NCBI GenBank assembly: GCA_010093605.1
Contig: MU004192.1
Location: 1,124,882 to 1,188,881 of the forward strand
From: Lophium mytilinum
Taxonomy: Eukaryota
DNA: 64,000 nt
Reading direction: 5' to 3'
Positions 51,771 to 63,301 of the stretch are shown here, in pieces. A model generated the notes under the pieces. The model saw only the letters and a program-made list of their open reading frames with translations, did not search any database and was not told where the DNA came from. The number at the start of each line of letters is the position of its first letter. Within the stretch, counting starts at the first letter, position 1. Made by a program: the position numbers and the translations under genes.

Positions 51771-52499
51771 GTTTTGCTGCGACGTACTAACCCACTTTTC
51801 TTTCCAAGCTTTGTCTTCTTTCTGTTATAGGTTCGATGGACAGTGGAGGACTTTTACCACTCGGGATCTTGCATGGACGTTGACGGGAGTGGGAATGACG
51901 GGCCATGGTCACTAGATCACTGCAGTGGGCAGGGTCAGTTTGTTTCACACCACTCTTCGGTTCGACACTCCTCGAGGAGCACTGGATCACTGCAGCGGAC
52001 AGACTCGGTTTCTTTCACACCTTTTCTTGGTTCGACACTTCTTAAGAGCATCGTCGGTCTAGATGGATGCTGCGGAAGCGGCAAACTTGCATGGTATCTT
52101 GGAGAACCGGCGTTTCGGGGGCATGCCGCTGTTAGGGTGGCTACAAAAGTAGTCCACTTTGAAGACTACACTCCATTACAGTCTAGAATCAGTTGCATGC
52201 TCGCATGCAAACACTATACACACCAATCAAGTGAATCTTTGGTTACAAAGAGGCATTGCGATATCTCATATGAGCATCAAATTCTCTTCCTCTCCTTCCG
52301 AGGTATTTGTATAACAGTTTTGCGATATCACGTGGACCACAATTTATCGATAGTCCCGCGCCAAGACAATCGCGGGGCAGGGGGCTAAAAACATTGCTGG
52401 TGATGGATGAGTCGACAAACGCACTCCCAGCGGGGTTCATAAATTCAAACAACAGTCACAACAGCACCGTACCGTCTCACCTCTACAAACAACACTATC

Positions 52500-54686
52500 A
52501 TGGCCACCGAGCAGGGTGCAAGCACTGACTTGCCCTCGCGCCCTGCCGCCGAGGGCGCAGACAATCTGCACAAGGACGATGTCACTGGGGAGATGATCTC
52601 CAAGTCTGAGCGTAGGTTTAATCCGTATTCGATCAATTGCCGACGAAAAGGGAATCTAATGATTGCATAGTCAAGAGACGCCAGAAGCAGCGCGCGACTG
52701 AGGCTAAGAAGGCTGAGAAGGCTGCTAAGGCGCCTCCGAAGCCGAAGAAGGCGGCGAATGAGTTGGACAACTCTGATTTGAATCCGAATGTATGGCATTT
52801 TTCGTTTGCTACACTGTTCACGGGCTTCGGATTTCTATTACTTCTAGAACACGTCACTAACGCAAGACAGCAATACTTCGAGATTCGATCCCGACAAGTC
52901 CAGAAGCTCCGCGAGACCAAGGAGCCGAACCCATACCCGCACAAGTTCCTCGTCAATACCAGTATCCCGAGCTTCATCGAGAAGTACTCTAGCCTCAAGA
53001 CTGGCGAGACCAAGGAGGATGTGCCTATTAGGATTGGCGCTAGGATATTGACCATGCGGTCTTCGGGCAACAAGCTTCGCTTCTACGATGTCAAGGCAGA
53101 AGGAACACGAGTCCAGGTTATGTGCCAGGCCCAGTTTGCTACTGGCGATGTTCCGTTTATTGGTATGTACCTGCCTCGAGGGATAGTTGGCTGTCGGTGG
53201 TCTAACACTTGAGGGCAGACCAGCATGAACCTCTGAGGAGAGGAGATTGGATTGGCATAGTTGGGTATGAATTGTCTAGTCCGATATAGAATAGTCGGTT
53301 GCTAACACTGCAAAAGCTTCCCTGGCCGTACGAACCCGGCGTCCAAGGCCGACAAGGAAGAAGAGGGCGAACTATCAGTCTTCGCTCAATCCGTCACGCT
53401 ACTCACACCATGCCTCCATCAACTTCCCACAGACTACTATGGCTTCAAGGATCAAGAGCAGCGTCATCGCCAGAAGTTCTTGGATTTGATGATGAACGAT
53501 GCTACACGGAACACCTTCGTCACACGAACTAAGATCGTCAAATACGTCCGAAGCTTCTTCGATGCTCGGGAGTTCCTCGAAGTCCAGACACCAATGATGA
53601 ACAAGATCGCTGGCGGTGCCACAGCCAAGCCTTTCAAGACCTTCCACAACGACTTGAATATGGACCTGTACATGCGAGTTGCACCAGAGCTGTATCTCAA
53701 GATGCTAGTCGTTGGTGGCCTCGAGCGAGTCTACGAGATCGGCAGGCAGTTCAGAAACGAGGGTATCGATCTGACTCACAACCCTGAGTTCACTACCTGC
53801 GAGTTCTACCAGGCTTTCGCAGACTACTACGATCTCATTGAGATCACTGAAGACCTGGTCTCAGAGATGGTCAAGTCGGTGACTGGAGGCTACACGACCA
53901 AGTACCACACTCAGCACGGAGAGGAGTACGAGGTGAACTGGGCCAAGCCATGGAAGAGGATAGAGATGATACCCGCGCTGGAGGAGGCTACTGGAGAGAC
54001 GTTCCCACCAGGAGACCAGCTCCATACACAGGAGACGAACGAGTTCCTCAAGCGTACGACTCCTATAGTTTTCCAATTCAATTCGAAGCTAATAACCATA
54101 TAGGTGTGATGAAGAAGGTCAAGGTAGAATGCAGTCCACCCCTCACCAACGCCCGAATGATCGACAAGCTCGTCGGCGAATTCATCGGTAAGTACTCTAC
54201 TCAACTCGCATCCCACAACGCTAACAAACCCCAACAGAGGAAAAATGCATAAACCCAACCTTCATAACCGGGCACCCGCAAATGATGTCCCCACTCGCCA
54301 AATACCACCGCTCCACCCCCGGTCTCTGCGAACGCTTCGAAGCCTTTGTATGCAAGAAAGAGATTGTCAACGCCTACACCGAGTTGAACGACCCCTTCGA
54401 CCAGCGCCTGCGCTTCGAAGAGCAGGCCAACCAGAAGGCCCAAGGCGACGACGAGGCCCAGCTCATCGACGAGACCTTCTGCCAGTCCCTCGAGTACGGC
54501 CTGCCGCCTACCGGCGGCTGGGGCATGGGCATCGATCGCATTGTCATGTTCCTCACCGACCACTACAGCATCAAGGAGGTGCTGACGTTCCCGTTTATGA
54601 GGGACCTGCCTAGTGAGCATACTAAGACGGCGGCGGAGGTTGTGGGCGTGCAGCCGGTGCCGGAAGAGGGGATTCCACACAAGTGA
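52500..54686 (+). CDS. KRS1: Cytosolic lysyl-tRNA synthetase, 6 introns
   Basis: [86 protein letters not shown]. Confidence 0.97.
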
Positions 54687-55713
54687 GAGTATGTGCCGCT
54701 GCGAACGAGGGTTCGGTTTCTGAGAAAGGAGCTAGTGTGTTTCTGTGAGGTGGGGGGTTGGTTTCCTCTGAGGCTCATGTGTTTGAGTAAAGGGATTGGG
54801 AACAGTTAACCGTGTCTGTACCGGAAACGGCCCATGTCTACTATAGAGCCTCTAAAACAACGAAAATCCTATCTGATTCTACAAGTTTGATTGTCTGTAT
54901 TGCTGTGTGCTGATGGAGATCCGGTGGTAGTGTTAGAGACTTTGGAGCGTCGGTTAGGCCACTTCCCACTCGACTTCATATTGAGGGTATTGACGCAAGA
55001 CTCGTGTCTTCATCTTGTAGCACGCGGTACACTACGCTTCACAATCACCAAGCCATGACAAATCAAACACGAATTAAAGAGTCAACTGATTATTACACCG
55101 ACCCGGACCAAAAAGACATCGCTCACTCTAAACCGCCTCCGTTCATCCCCTCCCCCGTCTCTCCCCTTCCCACTTTCCAAAACCAATCATGTCAACCCCG
55201 CTCAAGGCCAGGCCTCGCATAACATGACCAGTAACGAAAACCCGAAGGAAGAGAGAAGGAAAGAGACGGGATCAACCGCTCATCGACGCTTTTCGAGAGT
55301 AACATAGTACACGGCTTCCCCCTAACATATCCGCAAGAGACTAGAATCCGGGAAAACCGCCACGAGGAAAACATGTAGAGAAAAGGGAAAAAGGAAGAAA
55401 AGAGAAAGGAAAAGGGGGCTGCACGAATTCGGTCCTCGTAGAATCCGTGCCGTTCGTTCCGTCACGCTTTTGCTAAGAGTTCCGCTTTATTTCATGAGCA
55501 AAGCACACACGCCGTTTAACATTCGTATTGAGGGGTCGACTCTCGAGGGCCCGAGGGTGATGTCCGGGAAGTCGTGAGGGGCCGTCTCCGTCGTTGATTA
55601 TGAACATCGCTATGTATTTGGGGGGTAATGTCGTTTGTCTGCACCAAGAGGGCTGGCGGGCCAGGAAGCTTGTCGGGGCTAGAGAGACGGGCTAGCCGGT
55701 TGTTGGCGAGCGT

Positions 55714-57261
55714 TTAGTACGCGGGCTCGGCGACCGGAGCTGGGGCCGAGTGCTCGGTGGTTGGGATGGGCGTGTCCCTGGGGGCGGTGGGGAAGTCCTC
55801 CTTCTTGACGGAGACCTCGGGGGAGGTGGAACGGCCGCGGTACTGGTTGATCGTGGACTGGGCCTTGTTGGAGTACTCTCCGGCGTAGTTCTGGAAGGTC
55901 TTGGCGGCGTTTCCAGTGTGGGTGGCTGCCAAGTCCTTGATCTGCTTGGCTTGCTGATTGGCAATATGGCTAGCCTGCTGAAGCTGGCCGTCAATGGCCT
56001 CTTTGTTCTTGATGTAGACGAGCGGTGCGAGGTACGCAACCGAGGTGGTGATCAGTGAGAGACCCCAGAGCGGGACAAACTTGATCAGGAAGTAGGAAAC
56101 AAAGGCAGAGAGGAAAGCCTAGGAGCATAGGATTAGTATTCAAGTTCTGAGGTTGGATTCATACAATCTGGGAACATACCCCGACGGTAACGTAGACATT
56201 CTCGGCGAAAACAATTCGCTGGGCCTCAACAACGAAGAAGTTGATGAACTGCTCAGCATCATCGAGAGCGCGCTCGAGGGAAGCCTTCGGGATCATGAAG
56301 TACTTGCGTGGCCTCAGGCTCTGGGAGACGATGCCATTGCCAATCACACTCTTGCTGGCAATCTCGGTAGCAGCGCTCACTTTACGAAGTCAGCTCCATT
56401 ATCAGTCAAGTATTTGGTGTGTACGTACCACCCAGAACGATGTATATGCCCTTGAAGGTGTATCGGAGGATGTTGATATAGCGAGCAGCGAAGATGAACA
56501 GGACGGAAGCTGCGAAAGCGATAGCAGTCGCGCGGGGGTTCTTCCACTGGATAGTGTTAGCTTGCAGCACTACGGAGCAAGTGCCAGGCAGATACATACG
56601 CTCAGGAGGCGATAGAACAGGGAGTGATAGTCTGTCCCACGTCAGTGCCCATTCTAGGATGTTTTGCAAGCTCACAAAGGGTGCCTACGAGTCAAAGGCT
56701 GGCCGGTGGCAGCGGGCTGCTCCGGGGTGACGCGAGAGTTGGCAAGTTCGGCGAAGTCATTCTTCGTCTTTGCACCCTCGTCCTTGACGCTCTGCGCGAT
56801 GGGTCCTAGGGATGTCAGTGTCATGATCGAGAGGGGAAGTGTTTGCTGTGCGGCGCTGTTCGGGATAGTGGTTAGCCTGCGGTTCCTGAGTTTCATCGGG
56901 GCGGGTTGCACATACCTCACCGTTGTTGAAGGTGTCCTTTGCCTGCTGGGTAGCCGGGTGGCTAGCGACGGAGTTCATGGCTGATCGTGCTGCTTTGTGG
57001 TGGTCAGGCTCTGAAAATGTTGGTCGTGTGGGAGGAGCAGATAAGACTGTGAGGCACCGCGTTAGCTGCGTCTCGGCAAGGATCGGGCATCGTTTGGCCG
57101 CGTACCTTACTATCTAGAACGCTGTTCTTGGTGCTCTCTACAGTGTTGCCTCCGTTGGCAGTGCTGTTGCCGTTGCTGTAGCTGTCCAGGTTCGACGGTG
57201 CCGACGGGTCGAGATCAGGGAACCCGCTCGTATTGAGCTCGATGTGCGGTGCTTCAGACAT
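55714..57261 (-). CDS. RTN1: Reticulon-like ER-shaping protein, multi-exon, with two stwintron-type intervening sequences
   Basis: GQPLTHYHSLFYRLLS|WKNPRATAIAF...FINFFVVEAQRIVFAENV...SYFLIKFVPLWGLSLITTSVAYLAPLVYIKNKEAIDGQL. Confidence 0.9.
56806..56920 (-). other. [D5,6] spliceosomal twin intron 2
   Basis: GTGAG|GTATGT...CTAAC...CAG|C...CTGAC...TAG; removing the 60-nt internal intron (56915-56856) builds donor GTGAGC. Confidence 0.78.
56990..57110 (-). other. [D5,6] spliceosomal twin intron 1
   Basis: GTAAG|GTACGC...CTAAC...CAG|T...CTGAC...AAGCAG; removing the 59-nt internal intron (57105-57047) builds donor GTAAGT. Confidence 0.8.
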
Positions 57262-59235
57262 TTGGCGTAGCACAGGGGGTTGCAGAGAAGGCAGAGGTGT
57301 GGCTGGGAGCGAAAAGTGAGGATAGCAGGAGAGCAGAGGGCGTGATGTGGTTGGAGTGCACGAGGAGGAGGTGGAGGTTGTGCTGTTGTACTGTGGCTTA
57401 GCGTTTGGGCAAGTTTTGTGCTGGCCGCACTTGCTTGTGTGAGGAGCTTCGATGACGTGAAACACTGCGCTACTGACAACAAACGCTGCAGGAAATGCTG
57501 CTCCCTAGCCTGGCAGATGACGTTTGACTTGCCGCCTGCTTAATGGCAAACCTGTCCTCATTGTCACTGTCGCGCCATAGTGACTCTCCACTGCTACCAG
57601 AGCCCTACAAGCCACGCACTCCTCTATTCGAGCTGGTCTTGCATGTGATTGGGAAGCGATCACGACTTCGAAGCACGCGAGCACCTACGCACCGTCTTAG
57701 AGCACAATCGAGACACAATTGCGAGTTACATCTCTTATGACCACGTATCTAGCCTTGCATACTTTGACACTGCTTCAGTTCACCAGTTTAAGTCAATTTG
57801 CATAGTCTTGGTCCTTTGTGCACCGTCGATCACTTCCATTAACTCTACAGAGCTGTGTCTCTCTTCTAGCTTCATTGAATATAGTTCCCGAAGTCATGTG
57901 ACTGTCCAAACAGGCTGCCACAGGATTGGCCAGTCGGGTCGTCGCCATTCAGTCAGATCAATTCAGGCTTTGCAAACAATCAACAGAGTCATGCGGATAG
58001 CCACAGGCGAGACACTGAGAGACAGGTGTTGCAGGTGTCCCACAAGGCGAGATCTGGCTTGGTAGTAGGACTAATCTACAGATTCAAACGCCGGGAGAGG
58101 CCGCACGGCGTTACGGGGCCCCATTTACGCCGGCAGTTCGGTCCAAGCATGGACTGGTAGGAAATTTTCCATTCTTGCAGCACCAACAGTCTTTTGTCAG
58201 GTAATAGACTACGTAGGCGGACCAATCCAGCATGCCGGGTCCCGCAAGCGTTATACTACGGCAGATCTGCCGTAGCTAGGCAAGTCTATCCGGTGTTGAA
58301 AAGATGGCCTGATTGTTGCTCTGTGCCATGTGGAGTTCGCCTACTGTGCGAGTGCTGCTTGTTTCGACTTCTCTTGCTTCGAGATCTACCCCAGCATTAG
58401 TCTGCGTGGTATGCGTGTTACTCCTGCCCTTCTGATTGGATGGCTGTAGCTAATGTGATTGGCCCATTAAGGGAATACGACGCTATCAAGGTGTTGTACC
58501 AAGCGTAAGATTGGGACTCAGTCAGGTAAATGGGCTTGAGACTCGGAGACGATAGCAGTGTTGAAGTGACTTGACCCCCCACGAATTTAGCTGGAGAATT
58601 TCCAAAATGACTGAACTGATACACACGGGATCCGCGTCGAATTAGGACAATATTGAGGCTTCGCAGTCCGTATACCAGGCTCGACGAGGAAGTCCACGAG
58701 GTTGCTTCGGGCATGCAGCCAGGTAATGCAGCGGCTGTAAGCGGGAGCGGCAAAATCTTTTGTGGTGGCACGAGAATCTCGCGACAGTGCAGTGGTTTGT
58801 GTTTTAATAGGCGCTGAGGCATATTCTATGTCCCGAGCCGGTCCGTAGGACAGATTCTTAGTGACCCTGCCAGCGCAGCAAGCGGTCAGTGATAAGGGAG
58901 TCCTAGGAGTAACGGGCGGCATCGTGCGAGGGGCGGCACAGTCCAGATGTGCTCTGTAGTTGTGGGGGAGTAACGATGCAGTGCCATCTAGGATATGACA
59001 GCCGTGGGGCTGCATACGTCTCAGGATGCATACAAAAACCCCTTTGAAGCCGCGCACAGAGTCAGCTGGAGAACCTGGACCCATACCTACGCCCTCACTG
59101 CTTCCTCCATCCCTACGCGGACTATTTCTATACTCCTCAGATCTTCAAATCTCGTGGCTGGCCTCCGAAGGGCGATATCCCAGCAGCGGGCTCGCTTCCC
59201 ACCGGAACCCTTGACTCGTGCACTGACCGCGCGGA

Positions 59236-60070
59236 ATGGTGTTTCCTCAGGGTGAGTTTGGCCTCTCCTTCATCATCCCCATCATCGAGTGCGCATCCAG
59301 CGCTGGGGACATTGCATCGTATGAGAAGATTTGCAAGATCCTCCGCCAATCCAGATGCGCAATCCCCGAGGCTCTAGCAAAGCAATGCCCCAGGAGGCCC
59401 CCGGTTCACACTTGGCAAGGACAGGCTGACCTGGGATTCTCACCTGATTTTAGACGCGCTTGACCGAGTTGTTGCCGGCAATAGGACATACGCAAAGAAG
59501 ACGGCCGAGCGGGACCCCGAATTTTTCAAGACCCTAGCTACTGGCCAGAGCCCCGAGATTCTTTGGATTGGCTGTGCCGACAGTCGCGTTCCCGAAACAA
59601 CCATCTGCGACTGTCAGCCTGGCGACATCTTCGTCCACCGCAACATCGCCAACTGTCTCCACGCCCAGGACCTCAATGCCTCCAGTGTCATCGAGTATGC
59701 CACTACCCACCTGAAGGTCAAAAAGATCGTCGTCTGCGGCCATACCATGTGCGGAGGTGCGAATGCTGCGCTAGGGGACGCCGACTTGGGCGAAGCGCTC
59801 AACACATGGCTACTACCCATAAGAGAGCTACGGCGGAAGAACAAAGCAGTTCTAGACAAGCTGCCTAGTGACGATGCCCGAGGCAACAAGTTGGCCGAAC
59901 TCAACGTGCAGCAGTCTCTCGAAGTTCTCCGACAAATACCAACCGTAAGCAAGGCCATAAGGGACCGCGGCCTTTCTCTCCACGGCTTGATATACGATAT
60001 CGCAGCGGGGGAGTTGGTGGCCCTAGAAGAGACCAAGAAGGGCAATGGTCTATGGAGTGCTTCTGCTTAG
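59236..60070 (+). CDS. NCE103: Beta-class carbonic anhydrase, 1 intron (~59252-59453)
   Basis: MVFPQ|DALDRVVAGN...GQSPEILWIGCADSRVPE...GDIFVHRNIAN...VVCGHTMCGG...ELNVQQS...HGLIYDI. Confidence 0.92.
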
Positions 60071-61257
60071 GTGGGTTAGGTTACGGCGTAAAAGCGTTGT
60101 TGGCTAGTATCATATTGGTGGAGTTTGGTCTTTCAAAGTCACGCGGGCTTGGCGAATAGTCTCGCCCCCAAGGTTTAGGGGTCACTCTCAAGGTCACGTT
60201 TATTTGTTCTGGAGTCATCGATACTCGGACTTTTCTCGCTTTTTCGCATCCTTGAGTTTTGTCGTGCTAGTGACTCTCGCACGCGGATCTAGATGCCTTC
60301 ATGATAAGCGATGACGAAATGCTACCAGAGTTTTGACCAACCATCAGGTATTTAAAGACATGTTTTTCAGCATTTACTTCTTCAAATATCACTCAAAACA
60401 TCCGTCAATTCCATTGTATCAGACTCCAAATCCCATCATCAGCCTGAACGAGTTACGCTAGTCTCAAACAATCTCAAGGATCCTACAACAACGTTTAAGA
60501 TGGTTCCAACAACCTATAACCCGAAGTCCCAACAATCAAGCCAACCCAAGTGGGCATCTGAACGCGAGTTCTTCCTTGGAGGCACAGTAATCGGAGACGA
60601 ACTACCGTTCGAACGACCACCCCTTAAAGAGCCAATACGTCTCACAGACTCCTCAGCCTCCTCTAGAAAGTCTAGTTTAGTCTCCTCAAAATCATAGAGA
60701 CTACTGAAGGGTGTAATGTTAGTCCTTGCTAGGTACGTCCTCGAAAATATCGATGCACGCTGTTTGATCCTATCCACAACGGACAAATAGCAACCTCCTC
60801 GAGCAATAGGCCGTACTTGGTGCATATAAATGACTGCTGACACCTTGAAGATCTAGTCCAGAATTTTGAAGCATGACCGGCGGCAGTCCGTCAATTGGGA
60901 CGGCAACATTCATAACACCGGGTGGTATCCCACCCAATATGACGATAATACTTGGCTTCTTGTCACAGTCCCCCGTAGTCGACTTTAATACGCTACTTCG
61001 CGACCGCCACCGTTCCACCTTGGCATATGGATACCGCTTTCGCAGCCAATGAGCGGTTTATTCCAGAATTTGGAAAGGTTATTTGATTCTCGCCTGATCG
61101 ACTCCGCGTTCCGCTTGTAATCCGGGCATTGCCGTCAAATCATACATAGTTGTATAGGTTTATACTGACTTGTTATTTGTCCCTCTATGCACAAGGTCTA
61201 GACTGTATTTGTCTAGATTGTCACCTCGTCGTGTACCCACAGGTACCCCTAGTCAGA

Positions 61258-61274
61258 ATACCTCAAGCAGCGGT
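61258..61274 (+). repeat. Single copy of the dispersed motif
   Basis: tacctcaagcagcggt matches the reverse complement of 46417-46432 (taccccaagcagcggt) at 15/16. Confidence 0.5.
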
Positions 61275-61917
61275 AAACCGATGTAGGCAGACTGATGTCC
61301 ATCAGCATCCCCCTGAGTTTACCACTTCCTTAGCGCCAAATGCTCACTGAACTCAATTTCGCGCAAAACATCGGACGAAAGCTCGTAGAATGTCGTAGAA
61401 ACTGGCCGAACAATCTACACTTCTATAGCGGCTGCTGCCTAACGTCCAGGGGATGTATCACCGCCCTCCCAGCCTCCTTTCTGCCGCCAAATCACTTTCC
61501 GGCTTAACACCATCCCTCCATTTTGAAGAGACGCTATCGAAACGCCACGAACAGCGGTATGCGTTATGCCTATTGATGGCTTTTATTGTCTATTCTAGCA
61601 CGGTCACTGACAACTGTCGTCTCGGAGCTGCCATTGCGTTGATCAACAATCTCTCTGCGATCATGCAAACGCCGACCCTCCTGCCGCGATGAAACGTCTC
61701 TCGGTACCCTGGAAGATATGAGCATAAATGCTGCGATTCACTACTTCGTGCAAGGGGTACTTAAGCTACTCCCTTTTCTTCGACTCTTAGTTCACTTCCA
61801 TTATGAACTTCAGCCACGACACCATTTCTGCCATCCATCTAGAAAAATAACTTGTCTCCATGAATTCCACATCCATCTCCTCCGCATCTTGCAACTACTT
61901 CCTTGTAGTAGTTAGCT

Positions 61918-62600
61918 ATGACGCGAAATACTTCTCCTCCAAGACAGCGAAGATCAGAGCACGTCCCAACTACTCCCACGCCCCTTCGACAGCCATCTGG
62001 TCTAGCAGATTCCACGTTCATAGTTATTCAATTTAAACTTTATGGCCACGAGGAAACGCCTGCTGCTGGCTCTACATCGAACTTCAATGCGGAAGCTCCC
62101 GAGTCCGTCCCACGTATGCTCGTAAGACCAAATGGCAAAGAGAAGGCGTAAGAAGCAGAAGTACATATACCACAAGACACAGAGAGCGTGCCATTGCCGT
62201 CACCGGAGGTTCTTTTCGTAGTGGAGAAGCTAGCGCAGCTTTTCGACGAAGTCCTCGGTGTTGGAAATTCACTGTCCCATAATCCTGAATGGCGATTCAC
62301 TTGTGCACGGAAGCTATAAATCAGGAGACTGTGCACCAAAATAGTCGAGTCCAAGGCGAGAGATATGCTTGGGGCAAATGTGGCTCCCACAGCTCCAACG
62401 AGTCGTACTTCACGGAATTCTATTGAGTTCGGCAAGGAGCTCAGGGCGAAAGCATGGGAAGCCACTGAGAAGCTCTAAGCTAGCCCTGTTGAAACGACAT
62501 TATGGTCTCAGATTTGTCGATGAGCTCAATGAACCAGACGAGGAGTTCGATCACTTTCTAGACACCCTCCCGACAACCGAGGGATGCGGCGCGGTTCTAT
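61918..62600 (+). pseudogene. Possible degraded gene (reading frame broken by three in-frame TAA)
   Basis: MTRNTSPPRQRRSEHVPTTPTPLRQ...KEKA*EAEVH...VVEKLAQLFDEVL...RKL*IRRLC...AWEATEKL*; no family recognised. Confidence 0.3.
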
Positions 62601-63301
62601 AGCGTTACAATTGGATGGTTTAAAGTCTTTTCTTACTCTCTAATAGCCCTGAAGGCCTTCAGGAAAGTAGCATCAATCTGGACCTGATTCACGATCTCAT
62701 AGCCATTAAATCTCGGTTCTGTTTCCGTGTATATGCATAAGGTGGTCAACGTGGTCAATTAGGTTCGCAGTAAGTCAGTAGTACCGTTGCAATTTGAAGA
62801 TGTAGGTAAACAGCCGGAAGCAACCTAGGAGTGAAGTACGCTTTGCCAGCAACCGCTCCTTATCTCTCTGTGAAATTTCCATAAAGTTAGAAGGTAGCAA
62901 TGATAGCCTCTTTGTCATTTCTAGTATCGTACCGAAACCCCATGCTCTAGCCGAATTGCGTCTGTTGAACGATCTTGTAAGCATAAACGATGAAACTCAG
63001 GTCGGCGTCATCAGCCACATCAGTGCTTCATGCCACTTTCATTCACTTAGGTCAACATTGTAAGTCCACCGCCGAAATTCAAGGGTAGACACGCAAAGAG
63101 TGTCTATTTAAGTCGCACCGTCCACTGACTTCGACTTCTTCTCGTCAACGTCATCCTCCACACCGTCCACACACCACCACCACCCATCCCCTCTTTTCAG
63201 AAACCTCGACAAACTGCACCAACTCAACGCCTCGTCCATATTGATCGCCTGTCAGCATTGTAACTGCCTCACGCGTGGTCATACCAGATCGCTAACCAGC
63301 C

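Noticed and set aside
60500..61100. Short ORFs downstream of carbonic anhydrase
   Set aside because: No splice model or motif could be supported
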